53,109 nt of DNA from positions 1 to 53,109 of IMG/VR virus record IMGVR_UViG_3300037421_000066; one strand, given 5' to 3'. Made by a program: the position numbers and the translations under genes. This DNA is from a virus. Lineage: Duplodnaviria; Caudoviricetes. Every line of letters begins with the position of its first letter. Within the stretch, counting starts at the first letter, position 1. The notes beneath the pieces were generated by a model, which worked only from the letters and a program-made list of their open reading frames with translations, had not been told where the DNA came from and did no database searches. Positions 36,221 through 45,686 of the stretch are shown in pieces.

Positions 36221-37073
36221 AGCAGGCGTCTAGGGCGGTTTCTATCTTGACGGCGAGGTCGTAGGCGAATGTCGGGCCCTCGCCGCGTTGCGTAACACGG
36301 TCGCATAGCTTCCAAGCTGCCGCGACCCTTTTGTTTTGCAGTTCAAGCGCGGACACAACTTTATCGCGCGAGTATTCCGCGTTGCGGCAGGCTTGGCAGG
36401 TGCCGCAAGGCTCGCCTTCGCCCATAATGTACGCTTTGCAGGGCTCCGGGGCTTGGCTATGATCCGCCAGGGATTCTAGGGTGTCGGCGGAGGCGGTGAG
36501 CACGGCGTAGTCGGTTTTTTCGTACTCAGGCTCGCGGTTGTCAACGACGGCCTGTTCACTCTCGGTTAGTGTTTGCCCCCATCCCGAGAAGATGAAGTCG
36601 GGCCACTTGCCCGTCAACTCGCGGAACGCTTGCGAAATAGCGGCGCGCATTGGGCCGTCTGCACCGCGTCTTGGGCTCATCGCATCATTCAAAATGTCGC
36701 GGGTAGTTTGCCCGACTTTGCAGTACCAAATGTCGCGCTTAAAGTCAGCAGGCGGCTTTTCGCGCATCGAACGCAACCGATTCACTAGTTCCCGTACGGC
36801 TTCGCTGCTTGGCGCTGCCTGGTCGCGTTGCCTCGCCCGCCATTCTGAGCCTGCGTACCACATATCGCGCATCGCGTCTGCGAATATCACGACGCCCGTT
36901 CGATAGGCTTCGGCCACGCTTCGCATCGCGCAATCCATCGCCTCCGCTTCCGAGGCGGGCTTCGCCTGGTCAGTCGGTGGGTATGCCATCGTTGCTAGCT
37001 CCTTCGCGGTCAGCGATGTTTCGTCCATCCGGTCGGGCGTCTCGATGATGCGGTCGGATAGGTTGCGGGTCAT
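36195..37073 (-). CDS. Hypothetical multi-module phage protein
   Basis: 292 aa; coupled to neighbours. Confidence 0.7.
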   Translation of the reverse strand: MTRNLSDRIIETPDRMDETSLTAKELATMAYPPTDQAKPASEAEAMDCAMRSVAEAYRTGVVIFADAMRDMWYAGSEWRARQRDQAAPSSEAVRELVNRLRSMREKPPADFKRDIWYCKVGQTTRDILNDAMSPRRGADGPMRAAISQAFRELTGKWPDFIFSGWGQTLTESEQAVVDNREPEYEKTDYAVLTASADTLESLADHSQAPEPCKAYIMGEGEPCGTCQACRNAEYSRDKVVSALELQNKRVAAAWKLCDRVTQRGEGPTFAYDLAVKIETALDACYEESKNAG

Positions 37074-37449
37074 GGTCGCGGGCTCGCGTCAGGCCAGCGC
37101 GGCACGGGCACCCACCCGTGCGGCGTCCAGCGCCACTCACCCCGCGCGCAGATGATGTACGCGCTGCCGTCGTCGCTGCGGAACGCGAGGCGCGCGTGTC
37201 CGGCGTTGTGTTCGTGGCAGAAGCGTTGCAACGCATCGGGCGGGCGGCAGGCGATCGGGCCGAAGGCATCGAGCGTGCATGACGGCTTGGGCGTTGGTAA
37301 AGATGCCGCACTTGCACCACCCTCGGTGCGGCGCGAGTCAGTAACCCCGTGGCCTGGGGCACGGTAGAGCGCAGGTTGTTCCACGGGCCGTGGTACACTT
37401 TGCGAGGGCGTCGGCGCGGTCGCGGCGAGGAGCAGGGCAGCGAGGAGAA

Positions 37450-38523
37450 TCATCGTTGCAAAGCCTTGGCCTTCCAAGCGTCGCGCAGGTCCGGGCTAAG
37501 TTCGTAGTCGCGTGTGAGAAAAGGCTTCTGACCTCGGCAGCGGCGGTGCGCTCGAACCACAGAGATTCGCCCGGTCGCCTGTGTGCGAAGGTGTGAGCGC
37601 ACGTCATGCTCCCGACGCTCACGGATATTCTTCTTCTCGCCGATTTCTTTGCCAATCGTATTAGGCTTGCCTCGAATGACGATGCGGTAGTGTTCTTGCT
37701 CTTTGTATTTCTGAGCGCGACGTTGTTGGCGCGTTTCCGGGCGGTTTGGGTCGGGGATAGCAACCGCGTGAACGTCGCGATGATTGGCAAAGGCGCAAAA
37801 GGCGCGTACTAAAGCCGGACCTGATAGCGAAGGGCCGGGAAGATCGCCACCAGAGCCAAACATTTTGTTCTTCTCGTAGGCTTCTTCGTCGAACGAACCG
37901 TCGAATGGGTCTAGCCTCATCGGAGGGCTACAGTATTGAACGACGTACTCACCTTTCACGCGGTTTGCAATACGCTCGTAAAACTTTAGTTCATCTTTCT
38001 CATAATTAGGGTCATAGAAAAGCGTCACAAGGGCGTGTTCTCTTATATGCCATGCGGCACTATCTCTTGCGTCTACAATCCAAGCTTCTGGCGCGAATGT
38101 TTTAAGCTGAGTGGCTCTGTCGTCCGCGTTGATTTCTGCCGGGAGTATGTATTCGGGCCGCTCGTCAAGGACGATCTTAAATATCGGGAACGGGGCCACG
38201 AAGATCGGGACCTCGTTTACCGGATAAGCAATAAGCAGAGTGCGCGCGATATGTACGTTGGCAATGTGAAAGACCTTAGCTTCAGAGTTAAGAGCCTTCC
38301 AGCGCGCTATGTCGTCGTCTTGTCCACACTCCTTTTTGAAGCAGTCGATGATCTTATCTACGGCGCCTTCTGCCTTACGGTCTATCTTGCGGATTTCAGC
38401 TTGAAGCTCCCGTCGCATACGTTTAGCTTCGTTCTTGGATTTCGGGATGGGGTGCCCCGAGGGCAGCTTTCCGTCCGGGTAAAGCTCGCGGGCCATGTGC
38501 TCAAACGCGTTAGTGGCGCTCAT
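37450..38523 (-). CDS. Hypothetical phage protein with C-terminal R.H.VR.H.R motif
   Basis: Long ORF, lower GC; GAGGGG RBS before ATG 38523. Confidence 0.75.
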   Translation of the reverse strand: MSATNAFEHMARELYPDGKLPSGHPIPKSKNEAKRMRRELQAEIRKIDRKAEGAVDKIIDCFKKECGQDDDIARWKALNSEAKVFHIANVHIARTLLIAYPVNEVPIFVAPFPIFKIVLDERPEYILPAEINADDRATQLKTFAPEAWIVDARDSAAWHIREHALVTLFYDPNYEKDELKFYERIANRVKGEYVVQYCSPPMRLDPFDGSFDEEAYEKNKMFGSGGDLPGPSLSGPALVRAFCAFANHRDVHAVAIPDPNRPETRQQRRAQKYKEQEHYRIVIRGKPNTIGKEIGEKKNIRERREHDVRSHLRTQATGRISVVRAHRRCRGQKPFLTRDYELSPDLRDAWKAKALQR

Positions 38524-38634
38524 CGCTCCCCTCCGCCGCCGAACAGCCGTGCGGGCCACGCAGCGTTCGGGAACGCGGCGCAGGCGAGAATCATCGCCAA
38601 GCCTACGAGGTCGGCCAGCGCGGTGACGAGGCGG

Positions 38635-39975
38635 TTAGTCATCGTCGGGCGCTCCGCTGCCCATCGGTTGCCGCAAGAAGTAGCGCGCGTCGTGCGCGGC
38701 CCGAATCCGCTTGAACGGCCGCGCCTTAGACCCGCTAAAACAGTCAGCGAGGTCGTCTGCTGCCGCGTCGCTCGTTCCCATTGAAGGCAGGCCAAACTCC
38801 TCCTCGATAAACTTCAGGATCGAACCAAACTCGTGAGGGACGTGGGAAACGTAACCGCTTTTAGCATACGGTGAGATAACAAGCAACGGCACACGGAAGC
38901 CGAGTTCATAGGAATTGCGGACTGTCGGCGTAACTGGATCGAAGAACCCACCCCAGTCATCGGGAAATTCGAAGATCGCCGTCGAGTTCCAATACTGCGA
39001 CCCGCCGATGGCGTTAACGATGCTGGCCACCCAAGCCGGTCCGGAGCCGTCGGTCTTGAGCGCGTGGTCCGACGCGGCGGCGGTCGGCGTCACGAACGAC
39101 ACGCTCGCGAGGTTCCCGGCGGCAATATCGGTGAGCACCTGTGACGGCGGATAGACGACGTTCGTCGCGTACTCGGGCTTCTGCCAAATCTGCTTGATGG
39201 CATCGACCGCGTTCCAAGCCGAGCTGCCGCTGTGCCATTGGTAGTAGCGCCAGCTTATGCCCGCCGTGTCGAGCTCGTCGAAGATCGACGTGCGGTCGAA
39301 GCACGGGAACGGGCCGTCGTGCTGCTTGCCAGCCGAGTCGATGACCTTCACCCGCGCGTCGGCCAGCGAGTCGCAGCCGCCCTGGCTGCCGATGTGCTGT
39401 GGGTCAGACGGGTTGTCGTCGGCCAGCAGGCTCGAGCCGTTGGCGATCGACGACGTGCCGCTGATGAGGTACTGATGCGCCGGGAAGCTCGGGCCTTCGT
39501 TGCTCTGGAACATCTCATCGCCCAGGACGTACTGCGTCGCCATGTCCCAATACGGCTGCACCTCAGACTGCGGGACGTAGGCGAACGCGGCGGTACCTTT
39601 GGGCGGGCAGTTGCGGGCGCAGTTCACGCCGTCGAGGTCCCACCCGTTCATCGCTCCGCCGGCGTACTCGCGCTTGAAGCTCTCGTGCAGGTGCCCGAGG
39701 TCGTAGTGCGCCGTGAGCGACTGCGGGACAAGCGTGACCGTCTGGCCGTAGGAGTTCTGCCCGCTCGTGGCCGTCGTCGCGCCGGGGAAGTTCATAAACA
39801 GGTTGTTGAGACTGCGGTTCTCCTGCACGATGATCACGACGTGGGTGATTGGCGGGAGCGGGCCGTGCGGGCGAGTCGTCGGATGCGGAACGCCAGGCAG
39901 CGAGGCAGAGGATCCGCCTCCGCTCGAGCAGGCGGCGAGAGCCAGGAGCGCCGCGATAGGCAGCGAGCGAGTCAT
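38635..39975 (-). CDS. Lipoprotein phosphoesterase / phospholipase C (AcpA/PlcH family, alkaline phosphatase superfamily)
   Basis: LAAC lipobox; HVVIIVQENRS, GPSFPAH, SDH, DDWGG, GFRVPLLVISPYAK, SILKFIE motifs. Confidence 0.92.
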   Translation of the reverse strand: MTRSLPIAALLALAACSSGGGSSASLPGVPHPTTRPHGPLPPITHVVIIVQENRSLNNLFMNFPGATTATSGQNSYGQTVTLVPQSLTAHYDLGHLHESFKREYAGGAMNGWDLDGVNCARNCPPKGTAAFAYVPQSEVQPYWDMATQYVLGDEMFQSNEGPSFPAHQYLISGTSSIANGSSLLADDNPSDPQHIGSQGGCDSLADARVKVIDSAGKQHDGPFPCFDRTSIFDELDTAGISWRYYQWHSGSSAWNAVDAIKQIWQKPEYATNVVYPPSQVLTDIAAGNLASVSFVTPTAAASDHALKTDGSGPAWVASIVNAIGGSQYWNSTAIFEFPDDWGGFFDPVTPTVRNSYELGFRVPLLVISPYAKSGYVSHVPHEFGSILKFIEEEFGLPSMGTSDAAADDLADCFSGSKARPFKRIRAAHDARYFLRQPMGSGAPDDD

Positions 39976-40121
39976 AGCTTTGCCTCGGGGCGGACCATCG
40001 CGATCACCGCCATCCGAACGACCGACGCGACCGAGAGTTGCCTGTGCTTGGCGAAACGCTCAACCTCTGCGTAAAACTTCTTGGTGACGACGGCCTTCAA
40101 AAGCGTCCTCGGGTCTTGCAT
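39972..40121 (-). CDS. Ribbon-helix-helix regulator (leaderless)
   Basis: LKAVVTKKFYAEVERFAKHRQLSVASVVRMAV; ATGA overlap with the phosphoesterase gene. Confidence 0.7.
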   Translation of the reverse strand: MQDPRTLLKAVVTKKFYAEVERFAKHRQLSVASVVRMAVIAMVRPEAKL

Positions 40122-40127
40122 GGGCCC

Positions 40128-40157
40128 ATTATGGGCTTGTGCAGGGTCCGCCGTCAA
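40128..40157 (-). promoter_or_regulatory. Sigma70 promoter TTGACG-N18-CATAAT
   Basis: ATG 40121 lies 7 nt downstream of the -10 hexamer. Confidence 0.7.
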
Positions 40158-40159
40158 GG

Positions 40160-40579
40160 TCAGAGCCCGACTTCGGTGGCGTGGCTGAGGAGTTCGTCGG
40201 AATCATCGCCGCCTTTGCGGCGCCGCGCGCTCTCCCGCTCGCGCACAGCTTTCGCTCGCCGGTGCTCCTGCTCGCGCATCGAGGCGGCCAGGGCGTCGCG
40301 GTCTCGCTCGATCGCGGCGTCAAAGGCCCGCTCGGCGTCCTCGTAGCGCAAGCCGCGCTCCTCGGCCTCTTGGAGCCAGCGCCAGCGGCGAAGCAGCGCG
40401 TACCCGAGCGGAGTCGCAAAATCCCCGGTGCTTTGCCCCCTAGAATCGGCCAGGATGGCCGCAACGCCCGCCTGGCGGCAATCTTCCAGGAAGCGGCGCC
40501 AATCGGCGTAGGAGCGCCCTGGAGGCTTGATTCTGGCAAGTTCGACCATCGGCCCAAAAAGGTCGTGGAGTCTGTTCAT
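40160..40579 (-). CDS. Hypothetical protein, weak sigma region-2-like motif
   Basis: EDCRQAGVAAIL...RG...FAT..GY; coupled to methylase. Confidence 0.55.
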   Translation of the reverse strand: MNRLHDLFGPMVELARIKPPGRSYADWRRFLEDCRQAGVAAILADSRGQSTGDFATPLGYALLRRWRWLQEAEERGLRYEDAERAFDAAIERDRDALAASMREQEHRRAKAVRERESARRRKGGDDSDELLSHATEVGL

Positions 40580-41703
40580 GCTTCTGCTCCGAATAGGCTG
40601 CGTTGCTGGAGCCTCGCCTCAATGAGCGGGCGGTAGCCTTCGTTCAGCTCATAGCCGACCCACGCGCGACCGAGCGACTCCGCGACTTCGAGGGTCGTTC
40701 CGCTGCCAGCGAACGGATCGAGAACGAGGTCGCCTGGCTTGGAGCCTGCGCGGATGCAAAGCGACGGAATCTCGGGCGGGAATGTGGCGAAGTGGGCGTC
40801 GGGATACGGCTCGACGCCAATCGTCCACACGTCACGCTTGTTCCGCTGGTAACCTTCCCACGGAATTGAACCCGCTACGCCATCTTTTGGGCAGCCTCGT
40901 TCGGTCGCCGCTTTCCGCTTTTTATTTCCAGATCGCGACGGAACGTGAGAGACGTTTTGGTATGAGTTTTTTCCGGCCGCTAGGTGCGCTGGTGTTCCAA
41001 TCTTTTCGCAGGGCTCGGCAATCGCGGTGGCATCCCAGAAGTAGTCTTTCGACTTAGAAAACATGAAAATGTATTCGTGGGATTTAGTGCAGCGGTCGGA
41101 CACACTTTCCGGCATAGGGTTTGGCTTCGCCCAAATAATATCCTGACGAAGGCGCCAGCCTTGGTCACGGAGCGCGAAGGCGACCGACCACGGTATACCA
41201 ACTAAGTCTTTCTCTTTTAGATTCGTTCCAGCTAACCTATTCGGGCGTTTCGTTTCCGAGTCCGGCGAACCGTTACCCATAATCGAGCGACGAGCGCAAG
41301 CCCAAGCAGAAGCGTAGGAATCTCCAAGGTTGAGCCAAAGCGTTCCGTCCTCTCGGAGAACGCGGCGCACTTCATCGAATACCGAGACTAGCCGGTCAAC
41401 GTATGCCTCTGGCGTGGGCTCTAAGCCTATCTGCTCGTCAACGCGAACCGCGCCGCATCGCGGGCATGATTCCGGGAAGCCTTCGCGCTGGTGCCCGGTC
41501 GTCGCTTTGCCGCCACCAAGGGTTGAGGATTCTATCTTAGGGTCGAGGCGAACAGCGTGTCCGCACTCCGGGTCGCCGCCATCCCAAGAGCCTGTTCCGT
41601 AATCGCGAAGCCCCCAATATGGCGGCGAGGTCACGCAGGTCTGCACGGTGCCATCCGCGATCTCGGGCATCGTTTCGCACGACCGATAGAAAACGCGGTT
41701 CAT
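40576..41703 (-). CDS. DNA methyltransferase (N4-C/N6-A, beta class)
   Basis: TSPPYW, WAKPNPMPES, HFATFP, VLDPFAGSGTT. Confidence 0.95.
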   Translation of the reverse strand: MNRVFYRSCETMPEIADGTVQTCVTSPPYWGLRDYGTGSWDGGDPECGHAVRLDPKIESSTLGGGKATTGHQREGFPESCPRCGAVRVDEQIGLEPTPEAYVDRLVSVFDEVRRVLREDGTLWLNLGDSYASAWACARRSIMGNGSPDSETKRPNRLAGTNLKEKDLVGIPWSVAFALRDQGWRLRQDIIWAKPNPMPESVSDRCTKSHEYIFMFSKSKDYFWDATAIAEPCEKIGTPAHLAAGKNSYQNVSHVPSRSGNKKRKAATERGCPKDGVAGSIPWEGYQRNKRDVWTIGVEPYPDAHFATFPPEIPSLCIRAGSKPGDLVLDPFAGSGTTLEVAESLGRAWVGYELNEGYRPLIEARLQQRSLFGAEA

Positions 41704-42347
41704 GCTTCGGCGGCCTTTCTCGCCCTGTAGACGGCGAGCTCCTCGAGGAATCTTTGAACGCGAGATAACTCCCGAACCGGCTCAGACTCTTTTCGGCAGG
41801 CGCACTCCCAGGCCGCGACGATCTGCTCAGGCGAGTACCCGCCGTGAACGAACGAATCGGCGACGCGGGTGTTGCGCCGCTTCCAGTCCGTCCAGGTGGT
41901 CGATCGCCCGATGACCGGCTCGACGTGGAGCCATACGGCCCGGAGGATGGCTACCCTCGCATCGAGTTCTGGCCTCGGAAGCGGCAGGCTTCGGACTTTC
42001 CCATTCGCTGCTACGGGCGACGGCTTGCCGTTGCCGGAGGAGGAGGTACGAAGTACCGACGACTCCTGAGAGAATAGAGATACCTCTTTTTCGCGCGAAG
42101 TCGCGTCCGCTTTGCGTCCAGAGTGAGTACAGGCTGCGTCCCCCGTGCTTGATTTTTGCGTCCCGACCGAGACACTCTTGCGACCGGGACGCGTCCCGAA
42201 AGCGGACAGCCAGCCCCGGAGTTCCGTTTCCCTGAATCGTAGCTTTAGCTCAGAGCGAAGGAGCCGACCGACCTGCCGCACGGAAGGCTTTGCGCCGCGG
42301 CTTTCGAGATATTTCCAGAGGGCGACGGCCTCTTGCTGAGGGCTCAT
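41700..42347 (-). CDS. Putative replication initiator (lambda O-like architecture)
   Basis: N-terminal helical DNA-binding-like domain, iteron-encoded linker, helical C-domain. Confidence 0.55.
   Translation of the reverse strand: MSPQQEAVALWKYLESRGAKPSVRQVGRLLRSELKLRFRETELRGWLSAFGTRPGRKSVSVGTQKSSTGDAACTHSGRKADATSREKEVSLFSQESSVLRTSSSGNGKPSPVAANGKVRSLPLPRPELDARVAILRAVWLHVEPVIGRSTTWTDWKRRNTRVADSFVHGGYSPEQIVAAWECACRKESEPVRELSRVQRFLEELAVYRARKAAEA
42103..42196. repeat. Iteron-like GCGTCC array on an 11-bp register (putative origin)
   Basis: GCGTCC at 42103, 42114, 42136, 42158, 42191 and GCGACC at 42180. Confidence 0.65.
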
Positions 42348-42545
42348 GCGTCGGGTTCAGCGGCCAGGGGTTGTGAACACCTTGTTCGCAAGGTGTGGAT
42401 ATCTCCAAAAAGTAGCGCGTGGTTGATGCACACCCCGTGTTTCAGGGAGTGGTTTATGGCCGCGATTGGAAGCGTGCAGGCTCCGATTCGGCAGAGCGTT
42501 CGGATCGGCTGTTGTCGGGATTTTCCGCGACGTTGGTTACGGTAC

Positions 42546-42585
42546 AAAAGCGCACTCCCTCGATTTTGCGTCGAGGGAGCGTGCG
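42546..42585 (-). terminator. Intrinsic terminator
   Basis: CGCAC..TCCCTCGA/TCGAGGGA.GTGCG stem followed by TTTT on the - strand. Confidence 0.6.
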
Positions 42586-42801
42586 AAAGGTGCGATGCGC
42601 CGGCTCGCGTCCGCGCTCGGGGACCCTTCGGCTCGGTCGCCCGGCGCCGATGCGCTCGCGCTACCTCGGCCGAGGCGGCGCTCGCCCGCCTAGTATCTCA
42701 CCTCCCACGTCGCCGCGCAACCCCCGCGCGCGGCAGGCGACGCACCGGCAGGGTGGCGAGCACGCGGGCGAGCTCCGCAAGCTGAATCGCAATGGCGAGG
42801 G

Positions 42802-43098
42802 TCATCGCTTTGCCGCCGGGGCTGGCTCGCTGAAAAACTTGAAGCCGGCACAAACCCGGAGCGGCAAATCAGGGCGCTCGTGGCAGTAAAACTCCTCGTC
42901 CTCTCTCATGCATTCGATGGCGTCCAATATGGTTTGAGCGCAACCGTTCGGGTAGGTTCCGAGGCGGAACGCGCACGTTCTGCAGGGTTCCTCGAATATA
43001 ACGCCGGCCGCGACTAGTTCCTCACGCGCGGTCCAGGCCAAACGTGCAAGGTGGAACCCGGCTTCGCGGCCTTCAGGCGACGGCTCGTTACGAATCAT
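42802..43098 (-). CDS. Cys-rich hypothetical protein (DUF6283-like)
   Basis: PCRTCAFR...FYCH...CAGF. Confidence 0.55.
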   Translation of the reverse strand: MIRNEPSPEGREAGFHLARLAWTAREELVAAGVIFEEPCRTCAFRLGTYPNGCAQTILDAIECMREDEEFYCHERPDLPLRVCAGFKFFSEPAPAAKR

Positions 43099-43213
43099 CG
43101 CTTTGCCTCCACTCCTTGCATTAGCTTGTCAAGCAGTTCGGGGTCATCGCAAAACGGGCAATCTGGGACCTTCTTGGGCTCAGTCACCTTGGCGTAAAAA
43201 CGATCCTCTAGAC

Positions 43214-44284
43214 TCATTGCTTGGTTTCCTCGTTAGCTTTGACGCGGGCGACAAATGCTTGCAGCGCTCGACTAAACTGCTGAAGCTGAACCAAGTCTAA
43301 TTTCGTGCTAGAGACTTCTTCATCCGGCTTGTCGCGAAACAATTCTTCGAACGTATCTCTTAAAACAAACTTGTAGAGCCCGTCCTTCTCGCTCGTGTCG
43401 ATGCCACGATTCGCGCACCACACATGAATGTTCTTGATGCCCTCTTTGCGGCGGCGCGTTGCTTCGGCCGGGCTCTCGACAGGCGGCGCTTTCGGAGCGG
43501 CCTTTGCGGCCGGGGGCGTCACGTTGCGCGGCTCGCCCTGCGCGGCCATCGTTGCGGGCATATCCTCAACGCCTTGCGTGAAAATGTCGCTGCATCCGGT
43601 CGCCACTAACGTCGCGGCAATCAGCGCCCGCTTGTCGGCCATTTTCTTGATCGTGTTTTGAAGTTCGGAAACGTCCTCGTTCGCAACCTTGCCGGCATTC
43701 TGTGATTCGATCGCCGCGTCGCCGTCGCGAAACTTCGCGCCGCAGCCGTCTTTTTTCTTGAAGCAAACCCAGCCGCCGCCGTAGTCGGCCTTGCCTTTGA
43801 TGATGGCTTCCTTGCCGCATTGCGGACAGACGCGGGACGAGTTGCGGTAGCGGTACTTTGGCTCCCAGGAGTTGCACGCACCGCCAAGGTTAGCCACTTC
43901 GATCCGGTCGTTCACAGTCGGCCCGGTCTGCCGGTAGATGCGGCAATAGCGGTCGTACATGATAAACGGCTCGCCGCCGTGGTCCTTGCCGGTGAAGTCT
44001 AAAATCGGCGGCGATTCGTTCCCGGTTTCCGAACGTAGCCCCATGCCAGAGAGCAGCGCCTCCGCGCCCGGCTTGTAAAGCGTCGGCTTCTGCGTGCCAG
44101 GGATGACGCCGTAATGAACGCCCTCTTTGAGCCGTTCGCGGTAGAATCGGTCGCGCTCGCGCAGCATGGCAAGCTGGTCGTCAACGCTGGTCGCGAAGCG
44201 CGGCGTCCACTCGGCGGGAGCGAAAGTCTCGCGTACCGCAAGCGGCTGCTCTGTCACCTCGCCTTCGATTATCTCTTGGCTCAT
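43214..44284 (-). CDS. Putative recombination / single-strand annealing protein with zinc-ribbon insert
   Basis: KPTLYKPGAE, NTIKKMA.KRAL..A, SDIFTQ motifs; next to an exonuclease gene. Confidence 0.6.
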   Translation of the reverse strand: MSQEIIEGEVTEQPLAVRETFAPAEWTPRFATSVDDQLAMLRERDRFYRERLKEGVHYGVIPGTQKPTLYKPGAEALLSGMGLRSETGNESPPILDFTGKDHGGEPFIMYDRYCRIYRQTGPTVNDRIEVANLGGACNSWEPKYRYRNSSRVCPQCGKEAIIKGKADYGGGWVCFKKKDGCGAKFRDGDAAIESQNAGKVANEDVSELQNTIKKMADKRALIAATLVATGCSDIFTQGVEDMPATMAAQGEPRNVTPPAAKAAPKAPPVESPAEATRRRKEGIKNIHVWCANRGIDTSEKDGLYKFVLRDTFEELFRDKPDEEVSSTKLDLVQLQQFSRALQAFVARVKANEETKQ

Positions 44285-44763
44285 GCTGTGCTCCTCATAT
44301 CAATTCCGGGCATATTCTTGCGCCTCCACTCCGCCGCTACCAGCGCCGCTTCCGAAAGAGTTTTATACCTTCCGAGGTTCAGCCGCTTCCCGTTGCATCG
44401 AATCTGCACCATGTAATGAGCACGGCGGCGCGACGTTTCCGGGTAGAACCAGACGTTCTTCACGCCAGTTTTTGACCACGGCCGAGCCTCGGTATTGTGG
44501 CAGTTCACGAAATGAGCAACGATCCGAAGATTCGCTCGGCGGTTGTCTAGCCGATTGCCGTTAATGTGGTCAACTTGCTCGCGTCCCTGAGCGTTTGTCA
44601 GTATCCGATGAAGCCTAACGGGCAGCCATTTGCCGCCTATCTTGAAGTTTGAGGTCGCGTAGCCACCAGAATCAATGTGCCAATTCTTAGAGGCCAAAAA
44701 AGATCGGTCGCATTCGTCAAATATCAGCCACTCAGGAATAAGCTTTCGCGGCCCTTTAGGCAT
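44281..44763 (-). CDS. HNH endonuclease with AP2-like C-terminal domain
   Basis: LHR, VDHINGNRLDNRRANLR, SKTGVKNV, LGRY....EAA. Confidence 0.9.
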   Translation of the reverse strand: MPKGPRKLIPEWLIFDECDRSFLASKNWHIDSGGYATSNFKIGGKWLPVRLHRILTNAQGREQVDHINGNRLDNRRANLRIVAHFVNCHNTEARPWSKTGVKNVWFYPETSRRRAHYMVQIRCNGKRLNLGRYKTLSEAALVAAEWRRKNMPGIDMRSTA

Positions 44764-45514
44764 GAAGGCTGGCCTTTAGCTGTTCGCTAACATCTGGCTG
44801 AAAATCTGGATTCTTGGGACATTGTTTCACTAGACACCCGCGACAGCGCCACGGCGCGTCCGGATCGCCTTCCGGTTCCACCGGCCCGAGCGCGGCCTGC
44901 AAGCGCAAGCCTTCGCCGATGAGCGCGTGCTGCCAATCCCCGAGTCGAAACCAATCGACGCGGAGCTTATCAGGCGAAGCTGGCCCGCTCGTCATGATCG
45001 CGAAATCCTCAACGCCTTTCGCGGCGGCGTATTTTGCGGCCTGAAGGCATTGGTAGCGCGCACGCTGCTCCGGGTCGGTTAGCGCGCGAGGCCACATCGT
45101 AACCTTGTGCTCCACTACGCCTTGCTCGTTTACTTGATAGCCGAGATAGCGATAGTAAAGGTCTATATGTCCCGGCGTACCATCGTGCTCTACCTCGGGC
45201 TCTAACTCGACGTAGTATCCCTCATCGGCAAGCGAAGCGGCGAGCAGACACATTCTCCACGCCCCGATGAGCGTTCCGTTGTCGAGGTTATCGAGTTGCA
45301 CCTCGGGCGAAAACTTTTCTTCCTCGCCGCGCGCGAGATGCCAGAGCTTGCGGACGCATTGGCCCGCGTCTGAGATGCGGAGCGTTCCCGGCTTGCGCTC
45401 ATGGTTGGCGGCGTCGAACAGCCCCGGCGCGATCTCGGCCCACCGCTCGGCGGCGGCAGCGCGAAGCTCGGGATCGACGGCAGCGGCACGAATGCGGGCG
45501 GCGACGTCTAACAT
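44756..45514 (-). CDS. Cas4-like PD-(D/E)XK exonuclease
   Basis: GQCVRK, GHID, EHK, Q...Y, CRGC....CP (1+3 Cys Fe-S pattern). Confidence 0.8.
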   Translation of the reverse strand: MLDVAARIRAAAVDPELRAAAAERWAEIAPGLFDAANHERKPGTLRISDAGQCVRKLWHLARGEEEKFSPEVQLDNLDNGTLIGAWRMCLLAASLADEGYYVELEPEVEHDGTPGHIDLYYRYLGYQVNEQGVVEHKVTMWPRALTDPEQRARYQCLQAAKYAAAKGVEDFAIMTSGPASPDKLRVDWFRLGDWQHALIGEGLRLQAALGPVEPEGDPDAPWRCRGCLVKQCPKNPDFQPDVSEQLKASLHA

Positions 45515-45686
45515 TTGACGGCTCGGCTTCCCGCTACCGTTACGTCGATAATCTTCATGTTGCTGTCCGAGCCGTATGCGCTCGCGAGATTGTCGGGCAT
45601 CCAATCGGCTAACTCTCGTGCGCGCGTTTCGGCACGATTGTCGTTCTCGTCGTCAAACGCGAAAGTAATAACCACGCAGTATCGCG

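Noticed and set aside
44756-45514. Cas4-like gene as part of a CRISPR-Cas system
   Set aside because: No array or other cas genes; solo Cas4-like nucleases are common in phage recombination modules
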